From: Acidobacteriota bacterium
GTDB lineage: Bacteria; Acidobacteriota; UBA890; WLXD01
Direction of reading: 5' to 3'
Assembly: GCA_963666215.2 (NCBI GenBank)
Contig: CAXWPL010000005.1
Coordinates: forward strand, 928,001-992,000
Length of the DNA stretch: 64,000 nt
A program made the translations under genes and the position numbers. Positions 1 to 10,676 of this stretch are shown piece by piece (the first letter of the stretch is position 1; each line of letters starts with the position of its first letter). The notes beneath the pieces were generated by a model. It had not been told where the DNA came from, made no database searches, and saw only the letters and a program-made list of their open reading frames with translations.

Positions 1-2304
1 ATCGAGATCAAACGGGCGCACCTCGATCACCGTCTCGGTGCCGTCCGCCTCGAGGAACGCAGTCGCAGTGGTGAACCCCTCCACATCGGATTCGCTCACC
101 GCGTCGAGGAGCGTCTGGATCTCGACATCGCGATCGAACATGGCCATGGCGTCGGGCACGATTTGCACCTCGGGACCACTGCGCTCGACGTCGATCTGAA
201 TCGAGTCGGGGTCGATATCCTCGACCTCCTCGAGACGAAATGCGAGATCCTCCGCGATCATCTGCATCGTCGCGAAGTCCTGGCCACGGATCACCGCGGT
301 CTCGCCAGTGCTCCCGAGGTCAAGACTGAAGCCGCCCCCCCCACCGCCTGCGGGCCTGCCACCGCCGGCGGGCCCGGCAGCGCTGGCTGGTGGGTCGAAA
401 CCAACAACCGCATCGGCCTCCGCGAACTGGTCGAATCCCTCGGCAAGACGATCCTGCATAGCGCTAACGCCGAGTCCGCCCGGACGCTCGTTGCGATCGA
501 GCACGCTCACGGTGATGCTCCCCTGCCCCTCCTGAACGCTGCTGGTGAACCCCGCGACGCCCGCGAGATCGCCGACAGCCTCCTCAACCCGGCGCACCAC
601 CGCGTCGGTGGCGTCGAGCGTGGCGCCCTCCGGCAGCTCGACGTAGACAGGGAACTGGCTCTCGGCCGGCACGCTCTGTTGCTGCAGCAGCAGGAAGAAG
701 GCGGCTATGAGCGTCACCACCAGCGCCACGCCGATCGTCAGCGTCACCTGCACGCGATGCCGCAACGCGGTCTTGAGCAGCACCGTGTACATCTGCAGAA
801 GCCGACCCGGGCGCCGTGGCGGCGGAGCGCCCCGCGACAGCGTACGCGAACCGAGCATGGGCACGAGCGTGAGCGCAACGAACAACGACGCCGCGAGTGG
901 GAACCCGATCGGCATCGCCAGGTCGCTGAGGATGTCCTGGAAGTCGCTCTGAATGAACACCACCGGCAGGAAGACGGCTACGGTCGTGGCGGTTGACGCG
1001 ATCACGGCGCGGCGAACTTCGGCGGTACCATCGCGCGCCGCCTCCGCGGGTTTCTTGCCGCGCTCGTAGTGCTTGAAGATGCTCTCCAGGACAACGATTC
1101 CGTTGTCCGCCAGCATCCCCATCGCCAGCGCCAGCCCGCACAGCGACAGCACGTTCAGTGAAAGGTCGCCGGCGTACATCAGGTTGAACGTCACCAGCAG
1201 CGACACCGGAATGGCCACAACGAGCACCGACACGAAGCGCAGGCTGCGCAGAAAAACGAAGAGCACGACCAGGCTCAGCAGCAGGCCGATCACCGCCGCC
1301 TGCGTGAGCGTTCCCAGCGCCACTTCCATCAAGTCGGCCTGGTTGGCGCCGACGAGCAGTTGCGTGCCCGCGCCGGCGAGCTCGGAGTTGAGCCGCTCCA
1401 CCGCCGCCACCACGGCCTCCGAGACCTCGAGCAGATTCGCCTCGTCTTCCTTCATGATGCGGATGCTGACGGCCGACAGGCCGTTGACGCGACTCAGGTC
1501 GGTGCGCTGCTGCTCGCCATAGCGCACTTCGGCAATGTCGTCGAGACGCAGCGGGATCGTGCGATCGATCATCACCGCGCGCACCTGGCTCAACGTGGTG
1601 AACTGGCCCTGGATGCTCACCGGGTAGGCGCTGCTCCCGCGGTGCACTTCGCCCAGATAGGCCCGCGGTCGGTTGGCCGCGGTGATCGCCGTATTCACTC
1701 GGGTGGCCGTGAGCCCATAGGCCTCGAGCGCGTCTCGATTGAGGATCACCAACACGGCACGCCGCTGACCACCGAGTACCGTGGCGCTGACCACACCCTC
1801 AACCGCCTCGAGCTGCGGCCGAACATTCTGCTCGGTGAACTCGCGCAGCCAGTTGAGGTCGCCCTCGCCGAGCACCTGCAACTCCATGACCACGGCGGTC
1901 AAGATCGAAGTGTCGAAGCGCAGGACGCTGATCTGTGTCTGCTCCGGGAGCTGCGGCTGCAGGCGGTCCATACGGCTCTGCACCTGCAGCAGCGCGAACT
2001 TCATGTCGGTTGCGGGGGCGAACGAGACGCGCACCGTCGCGCGCCCCTGGCTAGCGTTCGACTCGAGCGCCACCACGCCCTGGAGCACACCGACCTCTCC
2101 CTCGGCAGGAATCAGCAGCTCACGCTCGGCCTGCTCCGGCGACAACGTGCGCTGGGTAAGCTGTACGAAGATCTCCGGGTAGACAACCTCGGGAAGCAGC
2201 TCAACCCGCAGCCGATCGAGCGACGCCAGCCCGAGCAAGCTCACGGCGAGAAAGAACATCGCCGTCGCGACGGGGCGGCGAATGGCGAGCGCCGAAATGC
2301 TCAT
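1..2304 (-). CDS. RND efflux permease (AcrB/CzcA-like), 3' end runs off the window
   Basis: Manual minus-strand translation from ATG at 2304, which overlaps the upstream TGA (ATGA): MSISALAIRRPVATAMFFLAVSLLG...LNVLSLCGLALAMGMLADNGIVVLESI, an RND TM4 motif. Absent from the ORF track, presumably because no stop lies inside the window. Confidence 0.9.
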   Translation of the reverse strand, partial: MSISALAIRRPVATAMFFLAVSLLGLASLDRLRVELLPEVVYPEIFVQLTQRTLSPEQAERELLIPAEGEVGVLQGVVALESNASQGRATVRVSFAPATDMKFALLQVQSRMDRLQPQLPEQTQISVLRFDTSILTAVVMELQVLGEGDLNWLREFTEQNVRPQLEAVEGVVSATVLGGQRRAVLVILNRDALEAYGLTATRVNTAITAANRPRAYLGEVHRGSSAYPVSIQGQFTTLSQVRAVMIDRTIPLRLDDIAEVRYGEQQRTDLSRVNGLSAVSIRIMKEDEANLLEVSEAVVAAVERLNSELAGAGTQLLVGANQADLMEVALGTLTQAAVIGLLLSLVVLFVFLRSLRFVSVLVVAIPVSLLVTFNLMYAGDLSLNVLSLCGLALAMGMLADNGIVVLESIFKHYERGKKPAEAARDGTAEVRRAVIASTATTVAVFLPVVFIQSDFQDILSDLAMPIGFPLAASLFVALTLVPMLGSRTLSRGAPPPRRPGRLLQMYTVLLKTALRHRVQVTLTIGVALVVTLIAAFFLLLQQQSVPAESQFPVYVELPEGATLDATDAVVRRVEEAVGDLAGVAGFTSSVQEGQGSITVSVLDRNERPGGLGVSAMQDRLAEGFDQFAEADAVVGFDPPASAAGPAGGGRPAGGGGGGFSLDLGSTGETAVIRGQDFATMQMIAEDLAFRLEEVEDIDPDSIQIDVERSGPEVQIVPDAMAMFDRDVEIQTLLDAVSESDVEGFTTATAFLEADGTETVIEVRPFDLD

Positions 2305-3074
2305 TCCTTCGCGGCGCTGCCGGCGGCACGGGCGCGGGATCTTCCCGACCAAATCCCGTCGATCAGCTCGTACGCCACCGGAATGAGCACGAGCGTCATG
2401 ACGGTCGACGTCACCAGCCCGCCAATCACAGCGATGGCCATCGGGGCCCGCAAACGCGCCCCCTCGCCGACGCCAATGGCCATCGGCAGCAGCGCCAGCA
2501 CGGTGGTGGCGCTGGTCATCAGAATCGGCCGCAACCGATCCTGCGTGGCCTGAACGACCGCTTGGCGTAAGACCATCAGGTCTCGCTGCGGGCCGCGCAG
2601 CTGGTTGATTCGGTCGACGAGAATAATCGCGTCGTTCACCGCGATGCCGCCGAGCATGATGATGCCGATCAACGCCATCACGCTGAGCGGCTCGCCGAGG
2701 GCCGAGAAAGCAACGACCACGCCGATGCCTGCCAACGGCACCGTGAGCATGACCGTGAACGGGTGTACGAGCGACTCGAAGAGCGACGCCATCACCATGT
2801 AAACCAGTAGCATCGACAGCGCCAGGGCAAAGCCAAGGCTCTGAAACGATTCGGCGCGCTCGCGCTCCTCGCCGCCGAGCTGCACGCCGTACCCGGTCGG
2901 CAGCACGACGTCGGCGAGCGTCGCCTCGACCTGACGTGCCGCGCTGCCGAGCGTGGCCCCCTCCACGAGATATCCCGAGATCCGTCCCATGCGCCGTTGC
3001 CCATCGCGCAGAATCTCGCGCGGGCCCTCCACGATGCGCGGTTCGGCGATGTCGCCAAGGGTGAGCACAAGCAA
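2301..3074 (-). pseudogene. C-terminal ~255 aa of a second RND permease, 5'-truncated
   Basis: LVYMVMASLFES..HPF, GIAVNDAIILVD, RLRPILMT and PMAIAVIGGL are RND C-terminal motifs. The N-terminal three quarters of a ~1000-aa RND is missing. Confidence 0.85.
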
Positions 3075-6000
3075 CGGCTGTTCTACACCCTGCTAGCGGC
3101 GGTGCTGCTCGGGCTCTCCGTGGAGCGCTATCCGCGCTTGTCGCAGGGCGGCACGTGGCGCCAGGGGGGCCGGCTGGCGACCGTGGCCACGCTGCTCGCC
3201 GCGGTGGGTCTGTTCGTGACCATGCGGAATCAGGACGCGGCGGCTCTGCACACGCGTGCGGAGTTGCTCCGCGCCCACGTCACCCGCTCCGCGCTGCCGG
3301 CGCCCGCGGTCAGCCACTACGACCTCGATGTGCACCTGCTCGGCGACGATCGGCCGCTCGCGGTCACAGCGGATCTGCGGGTGCGAAACCCGAACACCGA
3401 ACCGATTGCCGAGCTGCTGTTCACCCTCAACCCAGGCCTGGAGCTGCGCGCGGTTCGCGACGCCAGTGGCGACGCGATGATCTGGGAGCGCGACGGATCT
3501 GTTGTAGAGATCGCTCTCGGGCAATCACTGGCGCCGGAGGGCGAGGTCTCGCTCACCCTCGAGTACGCGGGCGATATCGACCGCAATGGCTTCGACCTGT
3601 TGCGCACAGCGCCGCGAGTCGAGCGTGACGACGGTCCGATGCACATGCCCGAGCTCACGGCGTGGATCCGCGACAACACCGTCTACCTGCCGGCGCGCAG
3701 CGCCTGGTACCCCACTGCCGGCGTCGACTACGGGCACGAGGAGCCGCCGCTGCCGTCGTACGCCACAGCCGAGATCGCCGTGACCGCGCCCGCCACGCTG
3801 CAGATCATTACGCAGGGGGTACCGCAACGCGACGAATCGAGCGCCGACGACGCGTCGGAGGCCGCGTTGACGTCTGCCACGGCGACGACCACGTTCACGG
3901 TGGAGCGCGCGGTACCCGTCCTGTCGCTCAACGCGGGCACCTACCGCACTTGGGAGACGCGCATCGGCGATCTTGATCTGGCGCTCTACGTCCACCCGGA
4001 TCATGCCAGCAAGGTGCAGTTCTTCGAGGACGCCACCGCCGAGGTGATTGCGGCGGTGGAGCAGCTGCGCGGGGCCATGGAGCGCGAGACCGGAATGCGA
4101 TACCCGTACGGACGGCTGAATGTTGTCGAGGTGCCGTTCGTCGTGCAGTGGTACTACGAGGGCTGGCGCGAGGTGGGAGGGCTGACGCAGCCAGGAGTGC
4201 TGATGGTGGAGGAGGACGTCTTCACCGGGCAGCGCTTCGAACGCGACCTCCGCAGACGGCAGCAGGAATCACAAGACGAGGTGGACGTCGGCAAGACCAA
4301 GCGCGACCTGCTCGTTGCATCGATCTTCCAACTGTTCCTGAGCCCCGAGAGCGATCAGTACGGGTTATTCCGCAGTCCGCTTGTGCAGCTGTGGTCGTTC
4401 GATCGAGCCTTCGTCGGCCAGCGAGCCACGTTGCTCGAGCGAGGGATGCCTGTCTACCTACAGCAAGATGTCGGGAGCGAGGTGCGCTCGATGATGCTGC
4501 AGCGCGGCCGCGGCGGTTTCGCGGGACGCCTCCAAGCACGCGGCGGTCGCCCGCCGGCCGCGGGCGGACCGGGCGTGCGGATCACCGTCGGCGACGAGCC
4601 CCCGCCTGACTCGCCCACGGCCGGCGGCAGAAGCGACTGGGACGCCACGCTCGAGGCAATGCAGCGGCAGTCGTTCTCCGAGATGAATCCCGACGAGGAT
4701 CCAGAGCTCTACCGCTCGGTGCTCGACGTCAAGAGCATCTCGATCTTCCGCATGATGAAGGCGGTTGTGGGAGCCGACGCCTTCGTTGAGGCCCTCGAGG
4801 GATTCGCCGACGAATCGCGCTACGGGAACGTAGATTTCGCTTCGTTCGAGAAAGCGATTGTGTCCGCGGAAGCGTCCGAGGATGGCGTCGCCGCGACGGG
4901 CAGCCTCGTCGGCACCCAAACCAGGCCGCCTGACCGGATGCGCCCCGGCGCAGCCGCTGGTGAGCCTCCCCCTGAGGGGTTCCGCCGTGGCGCCTTCCGG
5001 GAGCGCATGGCCGCTGGCGCTGAGCCGGTCGACGGCGAAACCCGTTCACCGGCCGCCGGCGGTGCGCGACCGCCGGGTGCGGGTCGTGAGCAACCGCCAG
5101 GCGCTACGGGCGAGCGGCCGGCCGGCGCAACGGGCGAACGGCCACCCGGACGCGGGCGTCCAGGCGTTGGGCAAAGGCCAGCAGCAGGCCCGGAGGGCGC
5201 CAACCCGGCTGGCGAGCGACCGGCGGCTCGCCGTTTTCCCGGCGCCGACACTGGCGGCGACCTTCCCGAGGATCCGGAAGAGCGCCGCGCGATAATGCGC
5301 GAGCGCTTCGCGGCCATGCGTGCCGAGCGCGCCGCGGGCGCCGCGGGCGAAATCCCGTTTGCCGGCCGCTTCCCCGGCGGCACGCCGCTGCGCGAGCCAG
5401 AACCGCAGCGCCAACCGCAGCCCGAGCCGAACCCACACGATTCAGACCTCGAGCGCCTCGTCGCCGCCTGGCTCGACGGCACCTCGGTACCAGGCTACGA
5501 GCTCACGCGAGCCACAGCCCGCAAGGTCGAGGGCTCCGGCAACGCCGTCACTCACCAGGTGGTTGTGCGTGTGCGCAACGGCGAGCCCGGCCTGGGGTTC
5601 GTGGAGGTCAAGGTGTCGGCGTTCGGCGACGAGGTGACCAAGGGTGTCCAGATTGAGGGGGGCACGGAGGTGGAGGTGGCGCTGGTGATCGCGGCGCGCC
5701 CGACACGCGTGAGCGTGGAGCCGTTTTTCGCGAAGAACAGGCGGCCGCTGGTTGCCCCGCTGCGCGTATCCGACGAGGTCGAGGCAGGGCCTCCCGAGTC
5801 GTACGTGCACCTCGTCACCGAGGACGACGCACCGTTCGTCGAGCTCATCGTCGACAACGAGGACGAGGGCTTTTCCATGCCCGCGCGACACGTGCAACGC
5901 TACTTTCGACCCGGGCTGGCCGGCGACAACTGGTATGTCAGGTCGGCGACGTTCGCCTTTGGACGCTACGAAACCAACTACCGGTACAAGAACCCGGGCG

Positions 6001-6413
6001 ACGGTGCCCTACCCGCTGTTTGGCAGACGACGGTTCCACGCACCGGCGAGTACGACGTTGCCTTCTACTTCCTGCCGCCGTCCATTGGCTCCCGTAGAAC
6101 GGGCGTCAGCGGCCTGGCGTCCGAGTTCGACCTTACACTCGTGGGCAACGATGAAGCGGTGAGCGTGAAGCTCGACACGTCGTTGCTGCGCGGCGGATGG
6201 AACCTCATCGGACGGTTCACCTACGAGGAGGGCGACCAGGTGAGCGTCGAGCTCTCCGACCGCGCTGATGGTCGTTTGTACGCCGACGCCATCCGATGGC
6301 GCTACATCGACCCGGAGCAGCCGGCGCGCGCCTATGAGGAAGAGATCGCACCGTGGGAGTTTCGGGCGCGTCCGGGTGGGCCCGGTGGAGCTCCGAGAAG
6401 GTCCGGGCAGTAG
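3072..6413 (+). pseudogene. ABC-permease-associated M1-aminopeptidase-like protein with C-terminal golvesin/Xly-like domain, 5'-truncated
   Basis: Begins mid-membrane domain (QRLFYTLLAAVLLGLS). M1-like N-domain (HYDLDV, FTLNPGL, WYP, YPYGRLNVVEVP) but no HEXXH. C-terminal IVDNEDEGF...GWNLIGRF...LYADAIRW. Confidence 0.65.
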
Positions 6414-6573
6414 CCGCCTGCAAAACTTGTGGGATCCTGCTGGCGTCCCGACCTCGGCCGCCACGATCGTGCCTCCAACCCTCAGCCTCCAGGCTGCGCC
6501 ACATGCCCTCACCGCCGCCGAGCTTCGGAGCCCAGCGACTGCGGGTCTTCGGCCTCCTGTTGGCGGTCGCTGC

Positions 6574-6942
6574 ACGATCAACATCGCCACCGCCACCCAG
6601 TCGCTGGCCGCCGACGCACACCCGGAAGCGCTGATCGGTCTACGTAACGTCCACGTCTTCGGCGCTCGGCAGGTCGACCGTTCGCCCGGTGGCACCGGCA
6701 CGACTGCGCACGTCGCCATACGCTCGGCGCGCGGCGAGCTTCCCGTCGGCGAGCGGCTCCTCGTCGAGAGCGCGATCACCGGCGGCCGCTTTGTCGGCCG
6801 CAACGTCGGCGAGACCCAGCTCGGCGGTCACCCCGCCGTTGTGACCGAGGTCACGGGATCAGCCCACATCACCGGCTTCCATCAGTTCGTCGTCGACCCC
6901 GATGACCGCCTCGCCGAAGGCTTCCTGATTGAAGACGCCTGA
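6574..6942 (+). pseudogene. Proline racemase family, C-terminal fragment
   Basis: QVDRSPGGTGT (cf. DRSPCGTG) and TGSAHITGFHQFVVDPDD. Only about 120 aa remain, preceded by an out-of-frame signal-peptide-like stub (ATG 6503). Confidence 0.75.
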
Positions 6943-6947
6943 ACGAA

Positions 6948-6984
6948 AAACACCCGGCCCGGGAAGACCCGGGACCGGGTGTTT
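6948..6984. terminator. Probable bidirectional intrinsic terminator
   Basis: aaacacccgg-cccggg-aaga-cccggg-a-ccgggtgttt forms a GC hairpin flanked by A and T runs, between convergent genes. Confidence 0.7.
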
Positions 6985-7014
6985 CGAAGTTGTGCTGTCA
7001 GGGTCGTGCGGACG

Positions 7015-7719
7015 CTACATCGCCGGCTTGCGGAACTTCAGCACCATACGGTCGGTGTTCGTACGGCCCGACATGCCTTCCCACTTGCCGAAATCATCGT
7101 CCGGGTTGGCAAGCATCTCGGACTTCTCGACGAGCTCGAAGCCAGCGGCCGTCACGTGGTCGATGATCACCTGCTCGTTGATGCGGTGGGTGCCTTCGTC
7201 GTAGCCGTCTTTGTTCGTGCGGGCGTCGACCACGCCGAGAACGCCGCCGGCCTTGAGCATGGCGAAGAACTGCCCGTAGGCGGCAGTCGCGTTGCCGCCA
7301 CCCTCCAGGTCGTGGAAGTTACGCACCGAGATTGCAACGTCGGCAGTACCGCCTTCAACGCCGCCGAAGTCGGCGATCACCGTGACGTTCGAGAGCCCGT
7401 CTGCCTCGACCCGCGGCGCCAGGTTGCCGCGACGATCGGGGCCGGCGTAGATAGCTCCGTGATCACCCACGAGCTTCGAGAGGATGAACGTGTTGTAACC
7501 ACCGCCCGGCATCAGGTCGACGACGGTCATCCCTGACTCCACGCCGAAGAAGGAATAGACCTCGAGCGGCTTGCTGCCGCTGTCGCGCTCGCGCTCTTCG
7601 TCCGGACGGGCCGCGTTGTCGAGAATGCTCTGCGCCAGCAGGGTGGCGGGAAGAACCAGCGCTACAACGCCCAGCAGGGTGAGAAAAGATCGTGACTTCG
7701 GGAAGTGCATGTGCCGCAT
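7015..7719 (-). CDS. Secreted class I SAM-dependent methyltransferase (COG4798-like)
   Basis: Signal peptide; RD..SKPLEV, VVDLMPGGGY, LKAGGVLGVVD, LANPDDD, TDRMVLKFRKP. Confidence 0.8.
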   Translation of the reverse strand: MRHMHFPKSRSFLTLLGVVALVLPATLLAQSILDNAARPDEERERDSGSKPLEVYSFFGVESGMTVVDLMPGGGYNTFILSKLVGDHGAIYAGPDRRGNLAPRVEADGLSNVTVIADFGGVEGGTADVAISVRNFHDLEGGGNATAAYGQFFAMLKAGGVLGVVDARTNKDGYDEGTHRINEQVIIDHVTAAGFELVEKSEMLANPDDDFGKWEGMSGRTNTDRMVLKFRKPAM

Positions 7720-7832
7720 CTCCGTGAGGGTATTGAGGTTTGGGAAGAATCAGAAGATACCGCAGCGTCTTCGGAAAGGTGCGTCCGTCCCGAGGATTGA
7801 TCTGTGAGTGACGATCTGGTTGTCTGCGCCGC

Positions 7833-9008
7833 ATGATCGTTTCGGAAATCGAGCGTAGCGACGTTCCACGGGGTTGGGAGCTGGCGGCCAACGTCATCTA
7901 CGAAACGCCGCCTCGCGAATCGGTGCGGTTGTGGTTCCGAGGCCCCGCGGAGCACAGGCCGGAAGAGCACCTGGGCGACGTCATCCTGACGTCGCTGTTG
8001 CCGCAGTGCATGCTGCTGCACGAGCCGCTGACCATCGAGGCTCTGGTGTCGGAGGAGCTCGCCGCAGCAGCGCGCGACGGCATCGTTCCGCCACTGCGCG
8101 AGGCCTTCCCGCGCCTGGCTGGCCTCGAGCTCCACGCGCCGATGCGGAAGGCGGCGCCGACCTCCGCTCCTGGATCAAGGGGGAGTGCGTCCTTCTTCTC
8201 CGGCGGGCTCGATAGCTGGTACACGGCGTTGAGCAATCAGGAAGAGCTTCGTTACCTGATCTTCATTCACGGCTTCGACATCCCGCTGGCAAACGAAACG
8301 CTCATGAGCGTCGCGTGGCGCAACGCCGCCGCCGCGGCGCAGACGCTGGGACTGAAGCTGATTCCTCTCAGCACCAACCTGCGCGACCTGCTCTACGAGC
8401 AATCCGCCGCCCGCGTCGCGAAGGTCGGAATGCCGCGGTTCGCGCGCTTCGCCAACTGCTGGATGAGCTCTTTTCTGCCGGCAGTCGCAACGACGCTTCG
8501 CCGGAGTATCAACCGGATTCGGATTCCGGCGGGGTTCGCCGAAGGACAAGAGGTTCCACGGCCCGTGGTCGAGGCTCGCTGGTCGACTCCGGAGCTGGAC
8601 GTCGTCGTCGACGGTACCGAACATGACCGCATCGGGAAGATCCGCTGGATCGCCGACCATGCGCCGGAGACTCTCGCCAGCCTGCGTGTCTGTGGCGACA
8701 AGTCGGGCTCGCAGCTCAACTGCGGCATCTGCGGCAAATGCTTGCGCACGCTGGCCGAGCTGAGGGCCGGGGATGCGCTCCACCTGGCGACGTCGTTCCC
8801 GGTAACCCTCCACCTGAATGCGATCAGGCGAGCGACGTGCTACCGCGATTCCTACTGGGACGACATCGTCGTCGCCGCGCGGCAGAAAGGCGACGTCGAG
8901 CTCGAACGAGCGGTGGAGGTCTTCCTGGGCAGGAGATACCACTGGCGACGCCTCCTCGACGGCCTGGGGCGACACACACTGCGAATATTGGGGCGACCAC
9001 GCCGATGA
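7833..9008 (+). CDS. Hypothetical PP-loop (adenine nucleotide alpha-hydrolase/QueC-like) protein with Cys cluster
   Basis: FFSGGLDS PP-loop; LRVC...NCGICGKCLRT. Confidence 0.6.
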   Translation: MIVSEIERSDVPRGWELAANVIYETPPRESVRLWFRGPAEHRPEEHLGDVILTSLLPQCMLLHEPLTIEALVSEELAAAARDGIVPPLREAFPRLAGLELHAPMRKAAPTSAPGSRGSASFFSGGLDSWYTALSNQEELRYLIFIHGFDIPLANETLMSVAWRNAAAAAQTLGLKLIPLSTNLRDLLYEQSAARVAKVGMPRFARFANCWMSSFLPAVATTLRRSINRIRIPAGFAEGQEVPRPVVEARWSTPELDVVVDGTEHDRIGKIRWIADHAPETLASLRVCGDKSGSQLNCGICGKCLRTLAELRAGDALHLATSFPVTLHLNAIRRATCYRDSYWDDIVVAARQKGDVELERAVEVFLGRRYHWRRLLDGLGRHTLRILGRPRR

Positions 9009-9047
9009 GCGCCCCGAAGCAGGCCCTACGTCGCCTGGTCGCGACGG

Positions 9048-10031
9048 CATCCCGTCTGGCTGAGCCACACGATGGGCCACTACGGCGTGGCCAACAGCCG
9101 TGCCCTCGAGATAGCCGGCATCACCCGCGCCACCGCCGACCCGCCCGGCGGCACGATCAATCGCGACGCCGAAGGCAATCCGACGGGGGTGCTCAAGGAG
9201 TCGGCGCAGCGCCTGGTCAGTCGACTGATCCCGGCGAGCTCGCCTGAGCAGGTGCGCAACGGCATGCGACAGCTTGCCGCCGCGTTCAACGAAGAGGGCA
9301 TGACGGGGTTGAAGGACCCTGGTATTGGCGCCGGAGTGTGGAGTGCCTATCAGGACGTTCTCGCTGCCGGAGCGCTATCTGTACGCGTATTCGCGCTGTG
9401 GCAGGGCGGCGGCGACCTGCACGACGCTGCCGAGCTCGTCGAGCGCATCGGGCCGTTCAACAAGCCGTACTTGTCGACCGGCGACGATCACCTCATCTCC
9501 GGCGGCATCAAGCTCTACATCGACGGCAGCGGCGGTGCACGAACCGCATGGCTGCACGATCCGTGGAGCGTTGGCTTCGACGCCCTTGATGATGGCAACT
9601 TTGGCTATCCCGTCGTTGAGCCGCAGCTGTTGCGCGACAAGATCCGCATGTTTCACAATGCCGGGATCCACGTCTCGGTGCATTCGATTGGCGACCGCGC
9701 CATCGACTGGTCGTCGGTAGCGCGCGAGCCCCTGCTCGGGGTGTACAACGCCAAGGCGGACGGCAGTCCTTTCGGCTCTGACGAGTCGGTTGATATCCAC
9801 ACCGCGCTGTGCTCGTTCACCATCTGGAGCGCGCGACAGATCTTCCTCGAGGACAAGATCGGCTCGATCGAAATCGGCAAGTACGCCGACATCGCCATCT
9901 GGGACCGAGATCTCTATTCGGTTCCCACAGCCGACCTCGAGAATCTCGACTGCCAGATGACGATCTTCAACGGCCGCATCGTCTACCAGGATCCGGAAAC
10001 CGCGCTCGTCGTCTCCGAAATCGCCAGCTGA
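9048..10031 (+). pseudogene. Amidohydrolase_3 (YtcJ-like), 5'-truncated with an internal in-frame deletion
   Basis: GHYGVANSRAL, DPPGG, PTGVLKE, IKLYIDGS and HSIGDRA, then a direct jump to SSVARE and KIGSIEIGKYAD. The N-terminal HxH region and the segment with the EH/SD motifs are missing. Confidence 0.8.
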
Positions 10032-10283
10032 TCGATAGGCGATCGGGATGCGGAGGATGTTCTTCGCGAGGTGGTGGTTGGATTGAGCGAGTGGGGGGCG
10101 TTTCAGACGCGCCGCGGCGAGCCTCCGGGCATCGGAACTCACAGCCGGTCGGGCGAGTTTCCGGAAATCGCCGGCCGGTGGCCATCCAACTCGACTAAAG
10201 GGGGCGCTCCGTCGCCCCCGACCAGAACCACGCAACAACAGGCCTTCCCCGGGCGAGCTCCATAAGAATTGGGAGAGGACTGT

Positions 10284-10610
10284 ATGAGCGCACTGCGAGT
10301 GGAGCACCGACTGTTTGCCGCCGAGCTGATGGCGGCCCAACCGTGTCGCGGCTATCGGATCTGGCTGCGCTACTCCGACAACGCCGAGGGCTGGCTCGAT
10401 CTCAGGCAGCTGGCCGCCCGCGCTGAGTTCGCCGGCTGGCGAGAGCCCGGAGCGTTCACCCGAATGCGCATCACGCCGGCGGGCCACCTGGCCTGGCCGG
10501 GAGGCATCGCGCTCGCCTCCGCCGCCCTCTACTCGGCTCTGGCGGCGAATCAGGACCTCGAAAAGCTGTTCCCGTGGCCGAACGGCGTCGCCCCTGCGTA
10601 CCGATCGTAA
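10284..10610 (+). CDS. DUF2442 family protein (TA-associated)
   Basis: IWLRYSDNAEGWLDL...F...ITPAGHLAWPGGIALASAALY matches the DUF2442 pattern; GAGAGGA RBS before ATG 10284. Confidence 0.7.
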   Translation: MSALRVEHRLFAAELMAAQPCRGYRIWLRYSDNAEGWLDLRQLAARAEFAGWREPGAFTRMRITPAGHLAWPGGIALASAALYSALAANQDLEKLFPWPNGVAPAYRS

Positions 10611-10647
10611 TAGGTCGCTTTATTGGTCTATAATTCGACCTATTACG
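10606..10647 (+). promoter_or_regulatory. TA promoter/operator: perfect 12-bp inverted repeat around TATAAT
   Basis: CGTAATAGGTCG (10606-10617), 18-bp spacer containing TATAAT (10629-10634), then CGACCTATTACG (10636-10647). Lies about 30 bp upstream of the antitoxin. Confidence 0.7.
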
Positions 10648-10676
10648 TCGAAGCGCCCCACACCAGGTGTAGAGAC

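Noticed and set aside
163-2553. Plus-strand ORFs 163-996 and 1360-2553
   Set aside because: Antisense shadows of the minus-strand RND gene, with Arg/His/Ala-rich composition typical of high-GC off-frames.
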